Origin: a virus
Lineage: Duplodnaviria; Caudoviricetes
IMG/VR virus record: IMGVR_UViG_3300028025_004186
Span: 1,169 to 65,168 of that record
Reading direction: 5' to 3' (one strand)
Length of the DNA: 64,000 nt
Shown here: piece by piece, positions 10,901-18,387 of the stretch
How the letters are laid out: each line of letters begins with the position of its first letter
Position numbering within the stretch: position 1 is the stretch's first letter
The notes under the pieces: generated by a model
The model's database searches: none
Seen by the model: the letters and a program-made list of their open reading frames with translations, nothing else
What the model was told of the DNA's origin: nothing
Position numbers and translations under genes: made by a program

Positions 10901-12865
10901 ACAGGCGGATATCACAGTGGTGCCAGCTCACAAACCAACAACTATCGTGTAGAAACAGACAGCAGTCTTAGCGATCCTGCCAATCCCGAAGACGGTGGCT
11001 TGGAGTTTATCAGTCCTCCACTGCCCTTGGATGAAATGTTGTCAGATCTAGACAAGGTAGTTAAATGGGCGCAGCGCAACGACTGTTACACCAACGATAC
11101 CACCGGCTTGCACATGAATGTCAGTGTTCCTGGCTTTGAACTCAGCAAACTTGACTATGTTAAGTTGGCTATATTCCTGGGCGATGAATATGTGTTGGAT
11201 CAGTTTGGTCGTGCTGGTAATACCTACTGCGCCAGTGCCATGGAAAACATTAGAAAGATTGCTCGAACCAATCCTGACAAAGTCAAAACTATGTTGCAAC
11301 AGATGCAGGGTAATCTCAGTGCCATGGCATCAAAGATTGTACACACCGGCACCACAAACAAATATACCAGTATCAACACCAAAGATGGTTACATTGAGTT
11401 TCGCAGTCCCGGCGGTGATTGGCTAGACGAATATGCCAACAACGAAGATAAAATCAACAATACCTTGCTGCGTTTTACAGTGGCATTGGACATTGCCATG
11501 AAGCCTGAGTTGTACAGACAAGAGTACATGAAGAAGTTGTACAAGACTCTGTCCCAGGGCGAGAGCGATGACACTATTCAATTCTTTGCACGTTATGCTG
11601 CTGGTGACTTGCCACAGTCAGCCCTGAAGAGTTTTGTCAAGCAAGCGCAAATACAGCGTAAAGCTAAAAAACTACTTCCTGGCGCAATCAAAGGGCAACA
11701 ATTAATTAGATGGCAGGCCACTTCAGGAGCAGCTACCGGTACTGTTGTGGCACGTACCGAAGAGGAAGCTAGAAAGAAAGCTGCTGTCAATATTGGTATT
11801 CCTTTCACTGATCGTGCCATAGACACCATGAACATACAGCCCTTGGATCTTTATACCGGACCTGTTAATCAATACAATATCATCAGAGACGATAGTGGGT
11901 TTGACCTTGGCGCTTTTGAAGGTATTGATGAACGCGATGCTATCACAAACTTCCGAGTGCAAAAACCACAGTGGAGCAACACTGATGTAACTGCTCGATT
12001 AGTAACATCAACTCCAACTCCTCCAGATTATCCAGCAGCGACGAGCAATACCCCAGGTTCGTGGACCATTATGAATCAATCAACTCGTAATATGTTACAA
12101 GGTGTTGGTGGCACATTCATTTATGCCTCTCGTGCTGCACGGGAGATAGCCCAAGATAACAATATTCGTCATGCAGAGATCCGTATCATAAACACCGACA
12201 ATGGTCAGGTCTTTGACATTGACGGAAATCCTGCTAGATACGGCACAGAATCAAATACTCGCGGTGGTGGATTTGCCCGAGCACCACACACCAGCATATA
12301 TCAAGTGGTTGATAATAGAGACGGGCAAATAATATTACGCGGCGCAACACGAACTTTTGCATACACGGTTGAAATGACCAACATATACATTGGTACTCCT
12401 AGATATAACCTTACCCCTGAAGATATTAGAATTGTTGATCTTAATACCAACACTGCCTATAAAATAGATGGTTCACCTGCTAATGCATCTGCACCAGCAG
12501 CACAAACAGAACAACTTTATAATGTTAGATGGACAGATGAAAATGGCGAGCACGACGTAAATCGTAGAGCCCCAAATGCCAATGCTGCCATGGAAGATGT
12601 TCGTAACAGTTTAGAAAGCGGTGGATTTAGAGTGGCCTCTATAGAAGCCAATCCCATAGGACAGACACAAGGTCAAGCACAAGGATCGGACAGTTTACCA
12701 TCAGGGCAGGCTCGTTGGTTGATACTGGATCGCAATGATCGTGAAGTTTATTCGTTTGTAGGTAGTACAGCACAACGTGACGCCAATGATATTGCCAGGA
12801 ACTGGCTAACTGCCAATGCTCAAGATGGACAAGGGCCTTTTACTGTGGTGCCGGTGTCAAGATGA
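7907..12865 (+). CDS. 1652-aa polyvalent protein: Pol-beta nucleotidyltransferase + HExxH metallopeptidase + HAD + amidoligase + C-terminal repeats
   Basis: GSNAAY..SDIDLH; AHELTHAQQ..E; FDIDDTL..YDDS; GMEFE..TDSSL..GLEFISP..TGLHMNVS..IEFRSPGG; repeated ~60-aa units at the end. Confidence 0.8.
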   Translation: MNIDELDNFNLDDAIRFHNQLNPGLWDQKEHLRPEVREALLRIADDFREFLGVQDLQVKDITISGSNAAYTYTPHSDIDLHLVVDIPELYDPVYRELFNAKKYEYNDRHNIRVRDADVELYVQPSDDTHHSQGIYSIKDNKWIQVPRRRKATVDDLAVRHKYEDLVARIDQAIKDSNNESAAALMKKIRNMRQTGLDQHGEFGAENLAFKMLRSQGYIKKLSDAVAAAKDRELSLKERKKPKKKKRYGYGGYWYPGFSWGDSSGSSEGGDGGGGGESVREDAGSTWDGVSPTTCMFTNEADSEDSRRDIIKKFAGLCAQHLKLKKIPRIILKKTPQWSEETGSFGQYQPDEHTLILSLPGRHILDVLRTMAHELTHAQQEERVGLPVGAGDTGSPWENEANARAGILMRHFAERHPEYFSNVSIAEASGYIPTRAQARDPRFSMALTADIQPGELGRQANKLGLQTDSQGRPALLMKSLARQLREYKETPRKKSLVIFDIDDTLLHTTAKIRVVSRGRVVRELTNQQFNHYKLQPDEEFDFGEFRNAEKFNRESEPIKPMVRKLKTILINSPDSDVIMLTARADFDDKELFLKTFRDLGIDMSRVHVHRAGNLPGDAIPAEKKAVWVRKYLNTDRYDHVRLYDDSVTNLTVFKDLRQEYPGVDFRAIYVGPEGTTKPIEEDEESYEIDDGNDPPGPESPPQFPSGTVKVDVSDVYDWYKLGQGISDIDDMNKKDFGQGPPSTVLAFGSEDLEHQYIKALKSLGLPVHDLDEPGEEDLDESAGVDLFEINMSPSNLRKMAAKTGAIAGMEFEMYVPGAAEADEDEYGSEPDYEMDESFPTGRGYQSEVIDFFRGGDNGSPRSTIQRALDVLSEDYWSWKDENFEEWLNDNDTLLDYYLREELPQEDDESDDQYTERLGSDDEEVRQAQDRAMDRVREEHQNEDQFEEFLQDADIRSMADFGSNYDVEWPYYNYPESRGGSIDIDDVASDFQSAIGRRVTTGGYHSGASSQTNNYRVETDSSLSDPANPEDGGLEFISPPLPLDEMLSDLDKVVKWAQRNDCYTNDTTGLHMNVSVPGFELSKLDYVKLAIFLGDEYVLDQFGRAGNTYCASAMENIRKIARTNPDKVKTMLQQMQGNLSAMASKIVHTGTTNKYTSINTKDGYIEFRSPGGDWLDEYANNEDKINNTLLRFTVALDIAMKPELYRQEYMKKLYKTLSQGESDDTIQFFARYAAGDLPQSALKSFVKQAQIQRKAKKLLPGAIKGQQLIRWQATSGAATGTVVARTEEEARKKAAVNIGIPFTDRAIDTMNIQPLDLYTGPVNQYNIIRDDSGFDLGAFEGIDERDAITNFRVQKPQWSNTDVTARLVTSTPTPPDYPAATSNTPGSWTIMNQSTRNMLQGVGGTFIYASRAAREIAQDNNIRHAEIRIINTDNGQVFDIDGNPARYGTESNTRGGGFARAPHTSIYQVVDNRDGQIILRGATRTFAYTVEMTNIYIGTPRYNLTPEDIRIVDLNTNTAYKIDGSPANASAPAAQTEQLYNVRWTDENGEHDVNRRAPNANAAMEDVRNSLESGGFRVASIEANPIGQTQGQAQGSDSLPSGQARWLILDRNDREVYSFVGSTAQRDANDIARNWLTANAQDGQGPFTVVPVSR

Positions 12866-13443
12866 GAGCTGCAGAATTCATCACCGAAGCCAATAGAAGT
12901 GGGCTACCAAGACTGTCAGTGCAGGATCAAATTCGTGCTGCTGTGAAAAAAGATGGTGGCCGTGCTGACGAATACTTTGTGAGATTTACCGGTGTTGACC
13001 GTGTAGGCTTCAGTGCTCGTCAAGTGTTTGGTCGTACTCCTGATGCCGACGATCCCAAGTTTGATCCTGATTATATTGGTGCCGGCAAAGGTCGTCCAGC
13101 ACTGTGGTTCTATCCTTTAAACACTTATCTCAAATCCCGCGATATTTTTGCCAGCGAACATCCTTACATATGGTTAGTGCGTATTCGTCCTGATGCTTGG
13201 TTACAACCTATTCGCAACAATACTCGAGGTATACAAGCAGCACCTCAAGGCAAGCATCGTGTGGGCATGATGCGGTTGACTGGCGGTTTTCCTGCTGCAA
13301 TTTTCTTTGAACCGGCATTTGATGTTGTGGGACGCTTTTACGACTATGCCAAAATGCATCAAAGACACGGTGAAGTGCAAGGCGCTCCCAAAACATCCAC
13401 CTCTAAAAATCTGTTAAATAAGTTCAAAGGATTGTTTAAATGA
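12862..13443 (+). CDS. putative internal head protein (CTS-like leader), possibly ART-like fold
   Basis: MRAAEFITE start; YFVRFT..LWFYPL; fold call is speculative. Confidence 0.55.
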   Translation: MRAAEFITEANRSGLPRLSVQDQIRAAVKKDGGRADEYFVRFTGVDRVGFSARQVFGRTPDADDPKFDPDYIGAGKGRPALWFYPLNTYLKSRDIFASEHPYIWLVRIRPDAWLQPIRNNTRGIQAAPQGKHRVGMMRLTGGFPAAIFFEPAFDVVGRFYDYAKMHQRHGEVQGAPKTSTSKNLLNKFKGLFK

Positions 13444-14060
13444 GAGCCGTTGAATTTATCGCTGAAATAGATCGTCGGGGGTTCCTAGGAGCCTTGGGTG
13501 CCGGTGCCATGGCTGCTGCTGGAGTTCCTGCACAAGCAAAATCCAAGAAGCCCGAGCCAATGGCCTTCTTGAGTTCAAACATGGATGCCGAAGAAATGCT
13601 GCACAAGACTGCGCTTCGTGCTGGCATTCGTGGCACAGAACTAGCACAGTTTCTAGCACAGTGTTATCATGAATCAGCAGGCTTTGGTCGTATGCATGAA
13701 TATGCCACGGGAAAAGAATACGAAGGACGTCAAGACTTAGGTAACATATACAAGGGCGACGGTGTTAGATACAAAGGGCGCGGCTTTATACAGATCACTG
13801 GCAGAGACAACTATCGTCGTGCTGGGCAGGCCTTGGGATTGCCACTAGAAGATAAGCCTGAGTTAGCCAGCAGACCCGACATTGCTGCAAAGATCGCTGT
13901 ATGGTACTGGGCAAATCGTGTCAGACCCAATGTTGCTAACTTCAATGACACTCGTGCTGTCACACAACGTATTAATCCCAAGTTACTTGGTTTGGCAGAC
14001 AGACACGAAAACTTTAAAGATTACAAGAATATGTTTATTGCCACAAGGACCGGAACGTGA
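13440..14060 (+). CDS. GH19 chitinase/lysozyme-like muramidase with CTS-like leader and Tat-like signal
   Basis: QFLAQCYHES, YEGRQDLGN, DG.RYKGRGFIQITGRDNY; MRAVEFIAE then DRRGFLG..AQA. Confidence 0.85.
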   Translation: MRAVEFIAEIDRRGFLGALGAGAMAAAGVPAQAKSKKPEPMAFLSSNMDAEEMLHKTALRAGIRGTELAQFLAQCYHESAGFGRMHEYATGKEYEGRQDLGNIYKGDGVRYKGRGFIQITGRDNYRRAGQALGLPLEDKPELASRPDIAAKIAVWYWANRVRPNVANFNDTRAVTQRINPKLLGLADRHENFKDYKNMFIATRTGT

Positions 14061-15352
14061 GAGCTCAAGACTTTATCACAGAAGCACCACGTGACGTATT
14101 CCACTTTGTGGGACAGAGTCATAACGTCCCACGTCCCACAGGTAGTTACTATAAATGGCGTGTGAGTCTCAGCAACGGACAATACTATCATGTCCGAGCT
14201 GGTGCCAATACTGACTTAGAAAAATTCAAGAAATACTTTCAACGTAAATGGGGCGCAGAAATGCCTGACGTTGAAGTTGTCAAGGCCGAACGTCTGGAAA
14301 GACTCAGTGAAGAAGATTCTCAAAAAGAATGTCCGCCAGCCACGCAAGATATCACCATCAATCTTGAGAATAGACAAAAAGCCATTGATGAGTACGGATA
14401 CGGTCCACTGAACCCAGACTTGCCCAATCGTAAGTTCTGGATGGCCAAAGTTGACGAGTGGAACCTGGACTCTGCAGAAGAAGCAAAACAAAGCCTGTGC
14501 GGTAACTGTGCAGCATTTGATCAACGTCAAGCAACCTTGGACTGTATTGCTCAAGGCATAGACAGTGACAATCCCGAAGACGCCGAAGGCGTTATTGACG
14601 CCGGCGAGTTAGGATATTGTAAATTTTTAAAATTTAAATGTGCCAGTCGTAGAACCTGCGATGCATGGGTAACAGGTGGTCCACTCACAGACCAACAAGA
14701 TGTAGATGAAATGGCCGGCACAATAAATGCTGGTATTAGTCAAGCATTGGCCAACAAAGGATACAAATATCTAGGCGGAGGAATTGACAAGCAAGCATAC
14801 CTAGAGCCAGGTACCGGACAGGTGTTGATCATATTTGGCTATCGCAAAGGCCAAAAAGATTTTAGCCCTGATCAACGTATGTTTATAAACTGGATAAACT
14901 ATTGCAATAAAAATAAAAATAATCCACACTTGCCTAGATTTTCAGGATTTGAAAGTTTCAAATTCCAAGGCAAAAACTATATTCAAGCAAGAATGGAACC
15001 ACTGCAAGAGTTACCTGATGAAATAGGATATCTAGTTGGACACGCTGATGAAGTTATAAAGAAACGCAAAACAGATTACAAAAAAGAACTTAAAACAATG
15101 TCACAGTATGCTATGCATACGTTTAATGACGAAGGCGGCGGTACATGGTATGAGTTAAAAGACACCGTAAAGCATTTGGGTGGTAAAAAAGCAGCAGTGA
15201 ATTTACTAAACACAGTGTATGATGTCAAACGTTTTGGACGTAAGCAAGGATACACAATTGATTTACACAAAGGAAATTACATGCGACGAGCCGACGGTAC
15301 CATCGTTGTAAATGATCCTTATGTGTTATGGCTAGGAGGGCTGCTAGATTGA
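14057..15352 (+). CDS. putative internal head polyprotein: Cys-rich domain + protein-kinase-like domain
   Basis: GTG start, MRAQDFITE; CGNC..C..C..C domain; after the QDVDE linker YLGGG, ARME.L, DLHKGNYM..VVNDP. Confidence 0.7.
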   Translation: MRAQDFITEAPRDVFHFVGQSHNVPRPTGSYYKWRVSLSNGQYYHVRAGANTDLEKFKKYFQRKWGAEMPDVEVVKAERLERLSEEDSQKECPPATQDITINLENRQKAIDEYGYGPLNPDLPNRKFWMAKVDEWNLDSAEEAKQSLCGNCAAFDQRQATLDCIAQGIDSDNPEDAEGVIDAGELGYCKFLKFKCASRRTCDAWVTGGPLTDQQDVDEMAGTINAGISQALANKGYKYLGGGIDKQAYLEPGTGQVLIIFGYRKGQKDFSPDQRMFINWINYCNKNKNNPHLPRFSGFESFKFQGKNYIQARMEPLQELPDEIGYLVGHADEVIKKRKTDYKKELKTMSQYAMHTFNDEGGGTWYELKDTVKHLGGKKAAVNLLNTVYDVKRFGRKQGYTIDLHKGNYMRRADGTIVVNDPYVLWLGGLLD

Positions 15353-16242
15353 GAGCCACTGAATTCATAGCAGAAGGTGCCACTGATATATTGTATCATT
15401 ATACTGGCATCAATTCGGCTCTTAAAATACTCACCAATGGCGAATTTGAGTTGAGCAGTGTCACAGGCAATCCGTCTGAAGAACAATATGCTCCCCCAGG
15501 TTATCCTTACTTTTTATCTACCACTCGCAGTCGTGTGGGCGATTATCATAGATGGGTTGGCAGCAGTGCTGTGATGTTTGTGTTGGATGGACAATGGCTG
15601 CAGCAGCGTTATCCAGTCAAGCCGGTTGATTATTGGAATCGTTCTTGGTTACACAGTGGTGGCAGCAGAAGCAGAGAAAGCGAAGACCGAGTGTTCAGTC
15701 GTGATCCCACTATTGCCACTGGCGGTGTCAAGATGATTCATGTTCTACTGAAAGAACAGCACGAAAATAGATCTCCAGAAGTTAGAAAATTATTGATACT
15801 GGCCAAACGATTGGACATACCTGCTTATTTGTACGACGACGAGCAGGCCTGGAGATTACAAGACACACGCAAAGCCATCACTGTGGGGCAAGCTGCCTCA
15901 CTGTTAAAAGGACAGGATCCTTCACCAAGAAGTTATGGAAGAAAATATCTATCAAAATGGCTGGAGTTGATACACAAGAAAGCCAGTGATGAGTTAAGCA
16001 AAGAAGCCAATCGCATGGCGTATAATATGAAATACTATTCGCTTGATGGATTGTACAATCTGGACATTGATATGAGCAACGCCAGAAAACCCGGCTCCAG
16101 TGATCATGACCAAGCTGTTAAGATTATCAGTTATATGCGAGCCAACAGAATCACAACATTGCAGCAACTACTGAATCATCTCCGAGACAAGTGGACAGCA
16201 ATTGGCGAAAAAGAGCAAGCAGCGAAAAAGGCACAGCAATGA
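15349..16242 (+). CDS. putative internal head protein, ADP-ribosyltransferase-like (start moved to TTG 15349)
   Basis: (M)RATEFIAE leader overlapping the upstream TGA; LYHYT..FLSTTRS..ESEDR order matches the ART H/R-S-E scaffold. Confidence 0.55.
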   Translation: MRATEFIAEGATDILYHYTGINSALKILTNGEFELSSVTGNPSEEQYAPPGYPYFLSTTRSRVGDYHRWVGSSAVMFVLDGQWLQQRYPVKPVDYWNRSWLHSGGSRSRESEDRVFSRDPTIATGGVKMIHVLLKEQHENRSPEVRKLLILAKRLDIPAYLYDDEQAWRLQDTRKAITVGQAASLLKGQDPSPRSYGRKYLSKWLELIHKKASDELSKEANRMAYNMKYYSLDGLYNLDIDMSNARKPGSSDHDQAVKIISYMRANRITTLQQLLNHLRDKWTAIGEKEQAAKKAQQ

Positions 16243-17546
16243 GAGCCCAAGAATTTATTGTAGAAGCGTTTGATCAACCTTACGCGACAGATTTAGAAAA
16301 ATCCGAACATGATGATTATGACTCATTGGTGCAATTGCCAGATGGTTCCCACTTGAGCATTATGTTTAATCACCAAGGCGATGACGAATATCAAGTTGAA
16401 TTTTGGCGAGGGCCTAGTCAGGAAGTAACCGGCGAAGGTGATGCACAAAGAATATTTGCTACAGTTCTGAGTACTATACAAAAGTTTATTAAAGAACATA
16501 ACCCGTGGCGGTTGACATTCTCAGCAACCAAAGACGTTGAGCCCGGGCAGAACAGTGAAAGCAGAGCCAAATTATATAATAGATTAGTTGATCGCTATGC
16601 TGCTGCTTGGGGGTATGATGCCCTTATTAATGATCTTGGTGACCAAGTTGAATACGAGTTGACTAGATTAAAGCCGGGTGTGACGGAAGACGCAATGCGA
16701 GGTGTGATCTATATTAAACCCAATTTAGAAAATGAATGGCCTGAAGCAAATCGTTATCCAGAATTTCATAAGTTAGGCAAGGATCAGTGGATTAAAATTG
16801 CTCGGCAAGGTAGTATGGCCAAGTGGTCAAGTTTAAAAGATGTTGGCAATTTTGATAGTGATTTATCTAATTTAGAACCAGGAAAAAGAAAAAGAGCGGC
16901 GGTACAGGTAAATCGTGGCAAAGTTGAACTACCTATCGTGGGTCGTTGGCCTAACGGTGAGTTGGATCTAATTGCTGGCAACACTCGTACTGCTACACTA
17001 TTAGATCAAGGACATGATCCTAAAGTTTGGGTTGTAGATGTTCCTGATGTTGATATCAAAGAAAACTTTGCTGATGGCAAGACGCCAGTCCAACCAGTGA
17101 TTGCTGCCATACAAAAAGTCATGCCCATAGCACAAGAAATATGGTTCCATGGCAGTCGTGCTACAGGTCGGCATCGTAGAAATAGCGACACTGACATCTT
17201 GGTGGTTGTGCCTGATGACCTCGTGGGAGATCAGTATCTTGGTGTGGTAAGAATATTACAAAACCTTTCTGCACATTTTGACAATTATGACATACAACCA
17301 ACTAAGGCAGGAACCAATATACATCAAATTGCACAAGAAGAAGGTAAATTACTGTGGTCAACAACAAATGAAAACTTTGCCGATGGCAAGGTCAAGGGCA
17401 AAAGTCGTCCGGGTCGTGTAAAACGTTCAGGTGCAAGTTGTGCAGGATCGGTAAGTAGTTTAAGAGCCAAGGCCAAACGCAGTGGAGGCGAACGTGGCAA
17501 GATGTATCACTGGTGTGCTAACATGAAGTCAGGAAAGAAAAAATGA
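16239..17546 (+). CDS. putative internal head polyprotein: unknown domain + ParB/Srx-like + minimal nucleotidyltransferase + basic Cys microdomain (start moved to 16239)
   Basis: MRAQEFIVE; LPIV..LIAGNTR; FHGSRATG..SDTDILV; ENFADGK occurs twice. Confidence 0.7.
   Translation: MRAQEFIVEAFDQPYATDLEKSEHDDYDSLVQLPDGSHLSIMFNHQGDDEYQVEFWRGPSQEVTGEGDAQRIFATVLSTIQKFIKEHNPWRLTFSATKDVEPGQNSESRAKLYNRLVDRYAAAWGYDALINDLGDQVEYELTRLKPGVTEDAMRGVIYIKPNLENEWPEANRYPEFHKLGKDQWIKIARQGSMAKWSSLKDVGNFDSDLSNLEPGKRKRAAVQVNRGKVELPIVGRWPNGELDLIAGNTRTATLLDQGHDPKVWVVDVPDVDIKENFADGKTPVQPVIAAIQKVMPIAQEIWFHGSRATGRHRRNSDTDILVVVPDDLVGDQYLGVVRILQNLSAHFDNYDIQPTKAGTNIHQIAQEEGKLLWSTTNENFADGKVKGKSRPGRVKRSGASCAGSVSSLRAKAKRSGGERGKMYHWCANMKSGKKK
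17061..17390 (+). repeat. 21-nt direct repeat (17061-17081 and 17370-17390) flanking a nucleotidyltransferase module
   Basis: GAAAACTTTGCTGATGGCAAG vs GAAAACTTTGCCGATGGCAAG (20/21 identical). Confidence 0.9.
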
Positions 17547-17968
17547 GAATACGCGATATAGTTGAAGCAGCTGACTTGGATCTTGATGCCATGAAAACCA
17601 ACATAGCTGCTGGCACCGATGCAGTTGATACCACTAACCCAGTCAAGTCCCTTCCTGGGTCGTCTAAGTCCACAGCAAGTCTTGGCATGACCCCGGCACA
17701 GTCAGCAGTTATTTCTGCCAGCGATGTAGACAAGGCCATAAATCTTGGTAAATCAGTGCAGTCTAATTTAGAGAAACAAATTGCCGACACCACAACACAA
17801 TTAAAAGTTGCGCAAACAATGCCAGCAGGTGCCACAGTCAAAGGCATGTCTGGGCCAGTGGGAGGTCCTGCTACCAATTGGGTTGGCAAGACTGCGCAAG
17901 GTGCCCCCGCAGGTGGAGGCATAGTAAAGAAACCACCAACAACCAGTCAGAAATTTCCTTTAAAATGA
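17543..17968 (+). CDS. putative internal head protein, low complexity
   Basis: MRIRDIVE leader; ATGA coupling. Confidence 0.6.
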   Translation: MRIRDIVEAADLDLDAMKTNIAAGTDAVDTTNPVKSLPGSSKSTASLGMTPAQSAVISASDVDKAINLGKSVQSNLEKQIADTTTQLKVAQTMPAGATVKGMSGPVGGPATNWVGKTAQGAPAGGGIVKKPPTTSQKFPLK

Positions 17969-18354
17969 GAGCCACTGAATTCATCGTTGAAACCCCGGTA
18001 CGTGACTTGACTAGAGCACTGCGAGCCAACTCAAATCACGACTACAATACCATTGACGGTGAAATGACTGCCATCTCTCTACACTACGACATCACTCCCA
18101 AGCAGTTACATGATCGCTTTGTCAAACGCTATGGCAAGACTCCCGACGAATGGATCAAATCACAAAGTGTTGATGAAGCCGGCACAGGATTGTTCTGGAG
18201 AACCTATCCCTGTACCAAAGATTGTTCAGGTCATCAAGCCGGTGATCAATGGGCACAGATTCGCGGAATAAAAAATCCTGCACAATGCCCCTTGGGCAAG
18301 TCCAACAGTTGGTGGGAAGGCTGCAAAAGCGAAGCCGAAGGTCGCCCTTATTAA
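17965..18354 (+). CDS. putative internal head protein with C-terminal Cys module (start moved to 17965)
   Basis: MRATEFIVE; QSVDE linker; CTKDCSGHQAG..C..EGC. Confidence 0.65.
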   Translation: MRATEFIVETPVRDLTRALRANSNHDYNTIDGEMTAISLHYDITPKQLHDRFVKRYGKTPDEWIKSQSVDEAGTGLFWRTYPCTKDCSGHQAGDQWAQIRGIKNPAQCPLGKSNSWWEGCKSEAEGRPY

Positions 18355-18387
18355 TTGTCTGCTACCTTGGGTAGCGTAAATATCCCC

